A stretch of 43,189 nt of DNA from Tubiluchus corallicola (GCA_030141605.1 JAQGDQ010000677.1:1-43189), one strand, 5' to 3'. Positions 1 to 13,129 are shown, counted from the stretch's first letter. Numbers and translations are program-made. The notes: generated from the letters alone by a model not told the origin.

Positions 1-270
1 ACAGTTTTAATTTTTTCACGAAAAAAGAAATAGGCTCACCAGTGTAAGTTTTACAAAGTGATGCTTATCATCGTAAAATTTCAAGAGGCTGATTTGACAG
101 CAAAGAGTATTTTGAAGTTTTTACATTTTAATGTTACTGAATGGTCGCAAGTGATTTTTTATGGACAGTAGGACCAAGCCATGTTTGTAAAATAGGAACA
201 AATTCGACTATGCAACATTTAGTCATGTGACAAGCTTAGGCAAAATATGTGATATTCAGGTCTGAAAGTC

Positions 271-309
<39 letters not shown>

Positions 310-3300
310 TTAATAATATATTAATGTAATAATAATAATAATAATAATAATATAATATATATTATTATTATTACTTCCCATACAATGGATTACAATAAAA
401 ATCACAATCCTCTGTGTTAAAACTAATTAATAATTATTAAAGCACCACTAAAAGCAAATGCGTTCGGTGCAAAACTATAAATTATTGTTCACAAAGCTAA
501 AACTAGGAACAACTAGAAATACTCATTTACATACATAGATACAATAATACACAGATGTACAGGGACAATATAAATAAAGTACATAACAAACGTAAGACGA
601 AGTGTACTTTAATTTATCACTATATACACATAATACATAACACATTACATAGGCATAATATGTGAAGTAAAATACATAATAACAAAGACTAAATTTACAC
701 CAGAATGATATTGGTATAACAACTTCTGCAGAGCAAAAAACTTGAAAAAATGACCCAAAAAGCTTAAGAATGTACGGTTTTAAGCAAATATAATTTGTTT
801 ATGTTTAGTTAATATATATGCCAAAAACATTAAAGATTATTTACTTATAATGCAATAAAATGAAAACGTATTTCATAGCAGCAACAAATAATTTTTAAAA
901 GACAATAAGGAAAACAGTGTTAATTTTTTCACGAGAAAAGAAATGGGCTCCCCAATGGAAGTTTTACAAGGTACATACTTTGCAATGCTTATCATAATAA
1001 AATTTCAAGAGGCTGAACTGACAGCAAAGAGTATTTTGAAGTTTTTACATTTTAATGTTATTGAATGGGGGGCTAACACTTGATTTTTATGAACAATAGG
1101 ACCAAGCCATGTTTGTAAAATAGGAACAAATTCGACTATGAGACATGAACAAAAACATTGCAGTAAGCAGGATAACTTGAAATTACACCAGCTGAAATTA
1201 TGCCCGAATCTTCGAAATAATATTTGCTGCTGATTAGCTAAATCAACTAAAAACACTCTTTTTCAAGCATTAAACTGTTGGTTGTACTTTTGAATGTTTT
1301 TCTCCTTACACACGTGGACATATTGAGTGTATTTGTGAATGTCTTTCTCTCTTACACAGGTGGACATATTGAGTGTATTTGTGAATGTCTTTCTCTCTTA
1401 CACACGTGGACATACTGAGTGTATTTGGGAATGTCTTTCTCTCTTACACAGGTGGACATATTAAGTGTATTTGTGAATGTCTTTCTCTCTTACACACGTG
1501 GACATATTGAGTGTATTTGTGAATGTCTTTCTCTCTTACACAGGTGGACATACTGAGTGTATTTGGGAATGTCTTTCTCTCTTACACACGTGGACATACT
1601 GAGTGTATTTGGGAATGTCTTTCTCTCTTACACAGGTGGACATATTAAGTGTATTTGTGAATGTCTTTCTCTCTTACACAGGTAGACATATTGAGTGTAT
1701 TTGTGAATGTCTTTCTGTCTTACACAGGTGGACATATTGAGTGTATTTGTGAATGTCTTTCTGTCTTACACAGGTGGTCGTATTGGATGTATTTGTGAAT
1801 GTCTTTCTCTCTTACACAGGTGGACATATTGAATGTATTTGTGAATGTCTTTCTCTCTTATACAGGTGGACATATTGAGTGTATTTGTGAGTGACTTTCT
1901 CTCTTACACAGGTGGACATATTGAGAGTATTTGTGAATGTCTTTCTGTCTTACACAGGTGGACATATTGAGTGTATTTGTGAAAGTCTTTCTCTCTTATA
2001 CAAGTGGACATATTGAATGTATTTGTGAATGTCTTTCTCTCTTACACAGGTGGACATATTGAATGTATTTGTGAATGTTTTTCTGTCTTACACAGGTGGA
2101 CATATTGAGAGTATTTGTGAGTATTTTTTCTCTTACACGGGTGGATCATATTGGATGTACTTTTCAATGTCTTTCTCTCTTACACAGGTGGACATATTGA
2201 GTGTATTTGTGAATGTCTTTCTCTCTTACACAGGTGGACATATTGAGAGTATTTGTGAATGTCTTTCTCTCTTACACAGGTGGACATATTGAGAGTATTT
2301 GTGAATGTCTTTCTGTCTTACACAGGTGGTCGTATTGGATGTATTTGGAATGTCCACACAACAAAAAATTTCTCTTACACGGTGGACATATTGGAGTACT
2401 TTTCAATGTCTTTCTCTCTTACACAGGTGGACCATATTGAGAGTATTTGTGAATGTCTTTCTGTCTTACACAGGTGGTCGTATTGGATGTATTTGTGAAT
2501 GTCTTTCTCTCTTACACAGGTGGACATATTGAGTGTATTTGTGAATGTCTTTCTGTCTTACACAGGTGGTCGCATTGGATGTACTTTTCAATGTATTTTT
2601 CTTTTACACAGGTGGACATACATTATTGTATTAACACGTTGTAATGTAACACTAGACTCTCAGCTAGAACCCTTCCATGCCAACATTTAATCAGCTAATA
2701 AGCTTGGGCAAAATATGTGATGTTCAGGTGTGAAGGTCTACCAGGATGCCATTGGTATAAATATTATAATAATTTCTATAGGACAAAAAAACTTTGAAAA
2801 AATACCTAAAAAGCTTAATTATAATAAATGTATGGTGCTAAGCAAATATATAAGTTATTATATAAGCAAATATATAAGTTATTTATCGGTTAATTAATAT
2901 ATATGCCAAAAAAACATTTAAGAATATTTAATTATAATACAATCAAATGAAAATCTAAAACACAGAGCAACGAATAATTTCCAAACCACACATCATGTGC
3001 ACATCAAACAATCTAGAAAACAGTTTTAATTTTTTCACCAGAAAAGAAATAGGCTCACCAGCGGAAGTTTTACAAAGTAATGCTTATCATTCCTAAGAAT
3101 TTCAAGAGGCTGATTTAACAGCAAAGATCATTTTGAAGTTTTTACATTTTAATGTTATTGAATGGGGGCTCGCACTTGATTTTTATGAACAAAATAGGAC
3201 CAAGCTGTGTTTGTAAAATAGGAAAAATTTTGACTATGCTGGCATGAACAAAAACATTGCAGTAAGCAGGATGACTTGAAATTACTCCAACTGAAATTAT

Positions 3301-3425
3301 GCCTGATTATCAAAAGAATATTTGCTGTTGATTAATATCTCGTAAACTATATCAAAATTAAAGGCTAAGAACAATGCTTTTCAAGTATTAAACGTGTTGG
3401 ATGTACTTTTGAATGTCTTCCTCTC
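1..3425. repeat. Tandem diverged copies of the sequence downstream of the PAN-galectin stop (2681-3425; 211-270 + 700-1300; 1-210 partial)
   Basis: Shared blocks such as TTTCAAGAGGCTGA..ACAGCAAAGA..ATTTTGAAGTTTTTACATTTTAATGTTA at about 78, 1003 and 3100; the second copy is split by an insertion at about 271-699 that begins with (TAA)n. Confidence 0.85.
1290..2620. repeat. 46-bp minisatellite, about 29 copies
   Basis: Unit GTGAATGTCTTTCTCTCTTACACAGGTGGACATATTGAGTGTATTT, directly visible. Confidence 0.95.
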
Positions 3426-3561
3426 TTACACCGGTGGACCATATTCGATGTACTTGTGGATTTCGATATCGTTTTTTAGTTCTATCTCGTTTAAGAGACA
3501 AATAGGAGTGATTAGGTAGAAGAAATTGATTAAGTGACTTCCATCAACTGTGACAGAAAAC
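3426..3561 (-). CDS. Exon 5 (galectin C-terminus FSVTVDGSHLINF...GPPV*)
   Basis: Acceptor CTGTTTCAG|; F.V.VDG.H...F galectin pattern; TAA at 3428-3426. The five exons total 810 nt = 269 aa + stop with no internal stop. Confidence 0.8.
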
Positions 3562-4684
3562 CTGAAACAGGCAGAAAAAGTTTGTATAGCTAAAGCACCG
3601 CAAATGTCTTTGACATCATTGACAACATGAATAAATGGCGATGCTGAAGGTACAGTTAAACGAAAGGCCAAGTCTTCTAGGAGGTTAGGCTTATTTCAAT
3701 GTTCGCGAAAAATGTTAGAAGAATTTCATGATAAAACTGCAATAAGCGCCTCGTGTAACTAGTAAAATCACTTTAAAGTCACTTCATGCTTGGACACTCC
3801 TATTTCGAACACCCATTCTTCTTCTTCTTCTTTTGTCTTGAAGAAAAGTAGCGCATTGTCAATCATCATAAAAAGTATAATAATTTTTTACAAAAAATTG
3901 ATTACTTATTTTAAAACACCTTTGCGTGAACACTATGAAAACTGTAGAAGGTTAAATTAGCTTAAGCAGCGCACACTTAAGGAAAGCCACGACGCCCTTA
4001 TGAAAAGTCAGGAAGTCTCCCAGTTATGCCATGATTTTCAAGTGAATGGCAGCAACCACCATGTACGAAAATTCATGTTCAGAGGTAATATGTTTTAAAT
4101 TTATGCTTTCTAGGCAGTTGTTTGCAAATTTCATTGTTATATTTTTTAAGTTTAAGTGATATAACAATAAAATAAACCAACCTAGTGACTAACTTGTTCT
4201 TTCCTTTCACATAAACACTTTGACCTGTTGCTTGTTGCAAAATCATAATGATGGCAACCACTACATAAGCAGTGATACGTAGTGGTGCCTTGGTGCTATA
4301 AATAACTTTGACTCATAGTAATTATTACCACTCACTGGAAACAAGAATGCTTACTTTACATTAAATTGAGCATTTATGAAACTAACTATTTTATTTACTG
4401 TAAACAAACTGTTGTTTCAATCTGATGCTCCACTTTACAAAGGCAAGACTAAGAAAGATTAGGTTCAAAATTCTACAGTTGTTATGTCTTATTCGGATGC
4501 AAACACTGAAACTGTGAGCAGTAGAGACTGAGCCATAGATAAAAGAGGATATTTCACTGCATTTGCAACCACGGGACACAGCATAACATGACGCTATAAA
4601 TGATTTAATGATTCATTCTCAATGGTTCAACATTAACAAACTTCTAAACGAAATTCTAACTATTAAACAAGCTGCCTCTCTTAC

Positions 4685-4879
4685 ATGTCCTCAAGCATGT
4701 CGACTTCCATGACAAATTCCTTTCCTGTTTGAAATGGAAACAACGTGGAATAGACGAGATCATCCCATTCTGAGTCAATTCGGGAGCTAACTGCTATACG
4801 TCTCGTCGCAAAACGAGTTTGGAAGTGAAATACAATGTCGTCGACACCCGACCCTTTGCTGTGAAAGTTAAGATGAAAT
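4685..4879 (-). CDS. Exon 4 (galectin carbohydrate-recognition-domain core)
   Basis: FHLNF...DDIVFHFQTRF...SSRIDSEWDD...FPFQTGKEF matches the galectin pattern F.INL..DIAFHFNPRF..W..E..FPF..G..F; acceptor TGTTTCAG|, donor AT|GTAAGA; phase 2 to 2. Confidence 0.85.
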
Positions 4880-5540
4880 CTGAAACATTTATAGATGAAT
4901 TTGTACAAGCTAATTGACAAAACAAACGCTGTTGATCAAAAATCTTTATAAACATGGCAGAAATAATTTAATAATCTTTTTATTTATCTTGCAATACACG
5001 CACAGTAATAATACAATTAATTTGGAAACAAAAATGTGAATAATGGGCAGCGAAAGGTCAATTGGTCATCTAGTCAGCTGCCCTTTGGTTAGTGATGAAA
5101 ATTTTTGTAGGCACTATGCTACAGTGTATTAGTGTCAGTACTGCTTAAAATAAAAATTTAATTGTTACGATTAACATTAAATTGATGTGCTTATAATGTA
5201 TTAATACAATTTAATAAAATATGTGATAAGTGCACAATAAAAAAATCAAATACCAACTGAAAATAATAATCTGACAACGGAAACATAAGAACAATGGCAA
5301 CAGAAATATACTTCATAACACAAGCATAATTCTTTGACAGTCAAAAAATAAATTATCATGTAAATAATAGAACTGAGAATCAGGTTTATCTATATATTGG
5401 TATATTGAAGTATATTAAATTGGGCGTTAATTTTCATGCACAGGCACACAGAAGGTATAATTGACATAACAGAAAAATATTCATTCGTATTAAAATAGGC
5501 AGACTATTAATACTCATAGACAAGAATTATTTTTTCGCTA

Positions 5541-6040
<500 letters not shown>

Positions 6041-6282
6041 TCAGGGTTTAATATTTATTTTTACTCTCACTACTAGTCTACTTGCTTCTTTTAATTGAAC
6101 CACTTATGTGACTTAACTGTACATGTGTTTGATAAAAATGATGTTAATGATAAATGGGCAAATTCTGGTCATATCTATATTAAATGTAATATATTGTGTT
6201 CCTAAAAGGAAACCATCTGAGTTTAACAACGGAAAGTGACTGGTCACACTTACAAGTTATTTTGGTAAATACAAATGCCTAC

Positions 6283-6404
6283 CCATGGTTCCCCTCAATG
6301 TCAGGCACTCTGCCCTCTATGTAAAACGTTGTGCCATTTCTTGCGCCATAGATTTCGTGTACAAAAGGCACGTCTACGTCATTCAAAGGTGGATACATAG
6401 ACCT
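6283..6404 (-). CDS. Exon 3 (start of galectin domain, VPFVHEIYGARNGTTFYIEGRVP)
   Basis: Acceptor TTTCCATACTTACAG|, donor GG|GTAGGC; 122 nt, phase 0 to 2; resembles the galectin N-terminal strand pattern VPF...G..G..I.I.G.V. Confidence 0.8.
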
Positions 6405-6585
6405 CTGTAAGTATGGAAAGTATAAACAGTCAGCAACAGTGACAAATAAATAATAATGAACAGTTTATGCACAGTAGGTTTATACTTATATTGTTGAAAA
6501 CGACGGGTATTGTTGATAACAACATGGCTCCTCTTTACAGCTTATGTTTCGATGCAAACTTGCTTCATTGTCAGAACACTTTCAC

Positions 6586-7003
6586 TAGGTTGAACAGAGA
6601 ACGTTCGTATTCGAAAGTTCGACTTCAATTCGAAATAGTTTTTCTAATTCGAATTCGAATCGAACCTAAAATTGCGGATTCGAATAATTCACCACATGAA
6701 TTACATATGTTCGTTATCACTAAAACGTTTGAAACAGCGTGCAATCAACACAATTTGGAGATTTCTGAGCGCAATCTTTAAACAAATTATTAGTTTTTCT
6801 ACTGCAGAACAAAGTCAAGCAATACGCATCATCTTTGCCAGACGGCTTTTTATTAGTGATTCAAAAATCTATTCGAAAATCTTTAAAACTGATTTTGAAT
6901 TCGATTGGCATTCGAAGTTTTGAAATTCGGTTTGATTCGAGTTCGAAAGTCAAAAATTCGATTCGATTTGAATTAGTTTTTTGACAGAGAATGGTCACCT
7001 CTA
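6586..7003. mobile_element. hAT-superfamily MITE, copy 1
   Basis: Degenerate TIRs TAGGTTGAACA...TGGTCACCTCTA; perfect 8-bp TSD ACTTTCAC (6578-6585 and 7004-7011); TTCGA-rich subterminal repeats; homologous to 23212-23585 and 27574-27984. Confidence 0.85.
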
Positions 7004-7352
7004 ACTTTCACAAGCTAGTGCTCTGACGATGATACAAGACAGTGTCGAAATGTCAGTAATAAAGCGATACAAGATTGTTATTAACAATAGCGATTGTTTT
7101 TTGTTGTACTATTGAAAATCAGTTTCATCAGAACCAAATCAGTTGCAAAGGTATAGTATATTAAGTAACTGGCTAACGTTTATATAAATTTGCATCAGTA
7201 GGGTAAAGTAGCAAATATAGCTAGGTACATTTTGCTTTTATCAAAGCTCTACCCACAACAGACTCTTGGTCCAAGTCGATGTTTAAAATAGTTCTTTACA
7301 AAGAGTATATCATAATTATGATCAAGAACTCGTGTATGTCCCAGCTACTTAC

Positions 7353-7408
7353 GTTAGACTCCAACTTTTCATCATAGACGATAACATCAGCTGGATCCAA
7401 AATGTCGT
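7353..7408 (-). CDS. Exon 2 (acidic linker DDILDPADVIVYDEKLESN) of the PAN-galectin gene
   Basis: Acceptor TGTCTTTTATAG| and donor AAC|GTAAGT; 56 nt converts phase 1 to phase 0, exactly joining exon 1 to exon 3. Not in the ORF track. Confidence 0.75.
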
Positions 7409-7551
7409 CTATAAAAGACAATGAAAATCAGCTATAAAATTAGTGAACTAGTTTGGACAGAATCTTGAACTTCAGAATTAATTTACCACTGTGACTAATG
7501 TGATTATCCTTGATTCTATACGGGCCTTTCACTTAGTAAGAACTGATATTA

Positions 7552-8028
7552 GTTCAACATGTTTATCAGACTCAGACGATCGTTTCAACATACGTGTCAT
7601 TTTCAATGCTAGAAATCAAGCCAAAAAAATAATTAGTACATTTATGATACATTAATACCTCAGCACAAAATATTACAATATTTGCGTCATAGATGTGCTA
7701 ATTATTCTTTTTAGCTTGCCTTCTAGCATTGGTGTTGCGCTTGACTAAGCTGTACTTGAGTCATAGATATAATACAGCTTGATTAATGAACTAGTTGAGC
7801 AAGTTAGAAAGACGGAGCGGAGGAGAGCAAAAGTGAGTGTTCAGATTAGCCGAACGCCAGAGTAATGGCGACGAAATTTGTCCCTTATTTTGTTAAAAGC
7901 TACTTGTTTTTTTAAATCAGTTTTAATAAACTTTTAAACGCAGTTACAACAAACTCTACAAACTGTAACATTGATAATGACACGTCTGTCGAAACGATCG
8001 TCTGGGTTTAATAAACATCATGTTAACT
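7552..8028. mobile_element. MITE/foldback element with about 55-bp imperfect terminal inverted repeats
   Basis: Left ATGTTTATCAGACTCAGACGATCGTTTCAACATACGTGTCATTTTCAATG versus reverse complement of right end ATGTTTATTAAACCCAGACGATCGTTTCGACAGACGTGTCATTATCAATG; TSD and superfamily not resolved. Confidence 0.7.
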
Positions 8029-8103
8029 CCGAGAGGCTGGCTCTTTCATGTATTTGACATTAGTTATTATTTGCCAAATTATTTTTATTTATCTTATCAA
8101 TAT

Positions 8104-8529
8104 TTCTTCTTCTTCCCAACTTTTCCCTATTCGGGGTCCCCGTTGTGAATGAGTCTTCTCCACGCATTCCTGTTGTTGACCATCTCTTCATTTATGTCTT
8201 CCCTTCCCACATGATCTTCACCGACTCTTCTTTTCAGGTGTCCATACCATCGCAATCTTCCACTACTTTTACTGTTCCTCTGATATTATTGTTTTTAATT
8301 TTATCACTTCTTGTTATTCCCACCATCCGTCTCAACATCCTCATCTCCACCACATCCATTTTCTTCTCTTCGGTCTTCTTTAGAGAAGCTGCTTCTAGCC
8401 CATAGATTAGAGCGGGTCTGACCACTTCTTTGCACTCACCGACTCATTCACAGAAGGTTTTGGCGCAGTTTTTACAGGCGGATGCCCTTCCTGACCCTAA
8501 CCCTCCCTATTTATCCGGGCTTGGGACCG
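8104..8529 (-). mobile_element. Internally deleted (bipartite) RTE-clade LINE: 5' UTR piece + end of the RT ORF + (GAA)n tail
   Basis: VRPALIYGLEA...EMRMLRRMVGITRSDKIKNNNIRG is typical RTE post-RT sequence; GAAGAAGAA tail at about 8104-8114; 5'-UTR-type motif GGGTT..GTCAGGAAGGGCATCCG..TGTAAAA at about 8469-8503. Confidence 0.8.
8499..8529 (-). ncRNA. 3' half of a twister ribozyme (probably inactive remnant)
   Basis: Minus strand CGGTCCCAAGCCCGGATAAATAGGGAGGGTT matches the P4/L4 and GAGGG segments of type-P1 twister (recalled consensus CCGGUCCCAAGCCCGGAUAAA..GGAGGG); the 5' P1/P2 strands are missing. Confidence 0.7.
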
Positions 8530-9050
8530 TTGCTTAATAAGTCAAAAAAGTATGAATACTGACGATTCGTGACCTTTAGCTGTGAATTAGATAAGCATTA
8601 AGGTATAATAAGAAGAAATTTGGTATGAAAGTATATTCAGATGAGAGCTAAAATGAGGGTCCACAATTTTTTTGACATTTTGTCAAACTTATTTTAAATT
8701 AGCCCACATTTTTGTATTCGCCGGCACGTACTATGAGTATTTAAACGTCACTAAAGGGGCTTTTTTAACGTTAGTTAAGAGTCGTACATCATCAATCGTA
8801 AACCATATTTAACAATAACCAATGTCGATAATTTGCCTTCAATGTATTGAGTTGCAAACTAATTGTGATGTCTCAGCCACCATATCTACCTCTACTCATC
8901 AACCCACTGACTAATTGACAAAACACCCAAGAGGCCACAATTCCAGTCATACACTCATTTCACCGTAATTATGGTGTTTTAGTGTAGGACTTCTACTAAT
9001 TAAAATTAAGCATTTAAATTGAACTACCAAAGATATCAACAAAACTTTAC

Positions 9051-9351
9051 CTTTCTGGTAAAATTCAAAATTATCCATTACAGTTTGGGCGAAGTTACTC
9101 GCTGCATGAGCACTTAGATCACACAATGTTCCATTGTCGCTTGGACCTGTTCCGAAACCAACACATCTTGGCTGCTCGTTACACTGGCGTGCACAATCAA
9201 GTGTACTACGGACGTATCTTGTGTCAAGAATGCACCCTGCTATAATTTTATCTGTCAACACTCCTTTATAAAAAACTTTATCACTTGCTAAACTCAGCCA
9301 AGGATACAGCACGATAAGAAAAATGCTGCTTTGAAATTTTGACCAATCCAT
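9051..9351 (-). CDS. Exon 1 of a secreted PAN/Apple-galectin gene (signal peptide + PAN/Apple domain)
   Basis: ATG at 9351; hydrophobic N-terminus (IFLIVLYPWLSLAS); PAN-type Cys pattern STLDCARQC-NEQPRCVGF...CDLS; donor AAAG|GTAAAG after 9051 (phase 1). Confidence 0.85.
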
Positions 9352-9968
9352 TGCAGCGGCTGCAAGTCAAATGTTTTGGGTGATTGTTTTTATCCACTAT
9401 AAAAACGTCGCGCAGAGCATTACATGAAATAATCATGCGTAACTAACCGGGGCGCATTTCCCAATATGATAACTAGGTGGTAGCCTAGCGTGCCAACTTT
9501 TGAGGGCGCCAGATCCAGTGTTAAAAATTCTTATTCTCTTCGAAAAATGTGCTTTTCCTTTCATATTCATATAAAGCGCATATTTTGTAACACGCCACAA
9601 GTAATTATTCACTACAGTTCAAATATAAACAATCATAAATCCATAGTAGAGATGGGTGGGGGACTGAATTGTCAAACAAAAACACCGTAATGTATTGATG
9701 CGCCCCCTGCATGCAGCTAGTGATAAAAACTATGGCTACCTTACGTAATGAGGCTGAACTTTTTGCTGCAAAGAACTCCCATTTTACTTATGATATTAAT
9801 GTTAATTATTAATGTTAATGTCATCTGTAACATGGGGAATGATGTATAGCAAACTAGGATCAATTACGCATCGTATCTCTATTGTGAATTCCATTATTCC
9901 CACAATCTGCTGTACAAAAATAAAGAGCAATAACTACAAAATTTTGCTTTTGAGAAAAATACAATTAA

Positions 9969-11222
9969 CCCTTTCAGTCCCAAATTATTTTTTTAATAAG
10001 AAAAATTTTTTAGGCTTGGTACTTTTGTTCAGTATGTCCATCTTGTTTACACATAATAATTATTTTTTTCTACCTGTGCCCGCGTGCTAAATATAGCCTG
10101 TATCCCACGGGATACATTGGGATTCAATGGTTGCTAAACATGATAAAAAGCAAATGCTGTATATTTGGAAATCTGAAGTTTATTTAATTCATTTAAAAAG
10201 TCCTAGAATTTTATTACAAAATGTGAAATCTCAACATGAAATTTACATGTGGAATCTCAAGATGGAATTTACATGTGGAATCTCGACATGGAATTTACAT
10301 GTGGAATCTCAACATAGAATTTACATGTGGAATCTCAACATGGAATTTACACGTGGAATCTCAACATGGAATTTACATGTGGAATCTCAAGAAGAAATTA
10401 CGATCTTGTTACAAGCATAAGAACACGTTGCATTTTCTACATTTTGTTTGGCTGAGCTTGCTGCAGTACTTGCATCACAGCCTTGATTCTTTATTCGCCA
10501 TTTTTGGAAAGTGTCCAACCTGATCTTTCTGGCTTTCTAGGTTTGTACATGGTGTTTGGATACTGTAGTGCTTAGGTTGCACATTGACTCTTCAACATAT
10601 TTTGGGCAGCCTTGTTTACGGCTCGTTCCGATCTTTTTGTCTTCTGATAGTAAAGAAGTACTCACTTCTGATGCAAATTCTATGAGATTCATTTGTGATT
10701 TTTTTGGGAGTATCAGATGTGTACAGTGACGACAGTATTGTAACCAACCATATACAACTGCAACACTAAGGCACCAAAAGAGAACTCTTTCTGTACCACT
10801 TTGTACTCTTATGATCAACTCTGTAGAAACTCATCCGCATGTCAAACAGATCTACTGCTCCCATGTGCATGCTGTACTCTTTTACAATTGCAGGGCAATC
10901 TACATCAACTTTTTGTTTTTGCTTTCTGTCGTATCGTTTCACCTTCTGGACGGTATTTACACCAACATGAAGCTGGTTGGATGCTGTCTCTGTAGTCCTC
11001 CACTTCCCCTGAGAATTTTATGGCAGTAGGCTGTGCATTCTTTTTGGGTGTCTTCCGTTTAAAACCAGAGCCTTTGTTCTGCACAGCAGTTGATGTTGTT
11101 GACTGATGACTGTCGATTTCTGAGTCACTAACTTCTGAACATGAAAACTCTGAGTAATCACTTTCTCCACCATCATCATTAGATTCATTCTCAGGTTCAG
11201 ACACATCTGCAGCTGGTAACAA
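9969..11222 (-). pseudogene. Decayed, internally deleted piggyBac transposon/transposase
   Basis: Minus-strand translation gives EYSMHMGAVDLFD (YNxxMGGVDxxD motif), KWYR..LFW..VAVVYGWLQY, and Cys-rich tail GHFP..CKYC..TKCRKCNVFLCL..RNFFLRFHM* with frameshifts and stops; acidic N-terminus at about 11100-11220; TTAA|CCCTTTCAG terminus at 9965-9977. The other end was not located. Confidence 0.85.
10222..10390. repeat. 26-bp minisatellite, about 6 copies
   Basis: Unit AATTTACATGTGGAATCTCAACATGG. Confidence 0.95.
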
Positions 11223-11532
11223 AATTAATTCTCTTTAAAAATAATTCTTTTCTTTTTCTTTGTCGTGATCATTTTGCTTTATTTTATACACGCATATTTT
11301 GTGCCCTTTCTCAAGCTAAAATAAATTTCATTACTCAACAAATGGATACGCTACTTTGAATTTTTAGGATGTCTTTCTTGATTGCGGTTTTGCTGGCAGC
11401 GTAGCATAATAAAAGTGATTTGAATTGAATGCTGCCCTTAAGTCCCTTTCGCCAAACCGAAGAATAGTGCTACAATTGACAGATTTCTGATATTGCCAAC
11501 TAAAAACTAAAACACGAATCGAAATTTTAAGC

Positions 11533-12212
11533 GTGCTTAATGTATCAAAAACTCAAGAATATATTATTGCAAGAGATGGTAATCAGTCTTTGATAAAGTA
11601 CATGGGCTCTTTTCTAAGCAACGAATATAATATTAAAAGCAATGCATGCTTTTCTTCAGTACAAGAATGTATTAACTACTCTAGGAAGAAATTAAGTCTA
11701 AACGTAAGACTTCGATTATTTAATGCTTACGTTACCAGCATATTTATGTACAACAGTGAAACTTGGGGTTTAACGATTACTCAAGAAAAGGAGATAGACA
11801 CATTTCAAAGAAGTGTTCTAAGGAAAGTTTTAAAGATAAGATGGCCATACATAATCAAAAATGAAGATTTATGCACCAGAACAAAAGAAATTTCTTGGAC
11901 TTCAAAACTCAAGATCCGAAAATTAAGATGGCTAGGGCATCTTCTAAGATTACCAAATGAAGCACCAGTGAGAATCACCTTAAGGGAAGCCTTAAAACCT
12001 TGCAAAAAACCACCTGGCAAACCTAAAACAACTTGGATAGCTAAGATAAATAAAGATGTTCAACAACTTTAACCAAATCTATCATTAGGAGTAGAAGAAC
12101 TTACGCTGTTAGCTGCAGATAGAAGAAGGTGGAATACTCTGATAAATGTTGATACCTCAATGCCTACAATAGGTGGAATGAAATTTTTAAGAAGAAGAAG
12201 AAGAAGAAGAAG
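11533..12212 (+). mobile_element. 5'-truncated RTE-like LINE (post-RT region + (GAA)n tail)
   Basis: LRLFNAYVTSIFMYNSETW...FQRSVLRKVLKIRW...LRWLGHLLR...GKPKTTW motifs; (GAA)n tail at about 12190-12212. Confidence 0.85.
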
Positions 12213-13129
12213 CGCGCTTGATTGTCTATTTAATGATCATTATTGCTGAATTTATTTATCGTTATTCGCAGAAAAATGATGATGTGTTCAATTATGGAAT
12301 GCAAGTTAGATGTTGTTTAAGAAAACTGAACCATGAAATTTTATAGTGAGATTAAATTGAAACAAGTAATTTCTGACTCTTCATTACAAATTTTAGTTCA
12401 GTGAAATTGGTAAGACTATGAATTTTATTCAGGTTTATAAAAAATCAGAAAGAGTTAACACTTTTGCTTTTGCAAAATGCACACAAAATGTGAACCAGTT
12501 TTACTGGGAGTAAACGACGCCCTGTAGATTTCATGACTAACAACTGCAACGTGAAAAGATATAATTTATAACTGCATTATTAGAATGTAATCCAACAAGC
12601 CACACTAATAAGCTATTTTAGTATCCTTGTTAGCGACAGACTTATTCAATATTCATAATTATAAATAATTGCAACACTTGTTGCCATGTTTTAGCACACG
12701 GCCACCAGTCAGTATTGTCATGGTACACGAGAGATACGAATACATCTTGTAATAATGAATTGCAACACTTGTTGCCATGTTTCAACACAGGGCCCCCAGT
12801 CGTACATTAATAGCTTTGTTATAAATACGTACCTAATTACTAAGCAGCCAGTGTCGTCATGGTACATGTGAGACACGAACACTTAGCACGTTTTTAGAGC
12901 AAGTTAAATGCACAATTATTATTAGAATATAAATAATGGTCATTAAAATGTATTGACTATCTAAGCTAACATACAATGATATCATTCGTAACTGACATGA
13001 TGTGAACCAACCAGTGGCGGCTCGTTGCATAAGTACTGTGGTACTGCAGTGCCCCCTATTTTCACTCATTGTTATCGATAATATTCAATATAATAAGTCT
13101 TTTTTCTTTAGTTCTTTCTTTATATTTAC

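Noticed and set aside
1290-2620. Regular repeats resembling a CRISPR array (also 23633-23924, 28281-28645, 34955-36314)
   Set aside because: Units are contiguous with no unique spacers, there are no cas genes, and the context is eukaryotic.
6600-6690. GAA/TTC-rich stretch as heat-shock elements
   Set aside because: Mostly TTCGAA with the wrong spacing for nGAAnnTTCnnGAAn; explained by MITE subterminal repeats.
8455-8545. Complete or circularly permuted active twister ribozyme
   Set aside because: No strand able to form P2 with TAGG next to a UAA was found on either side.
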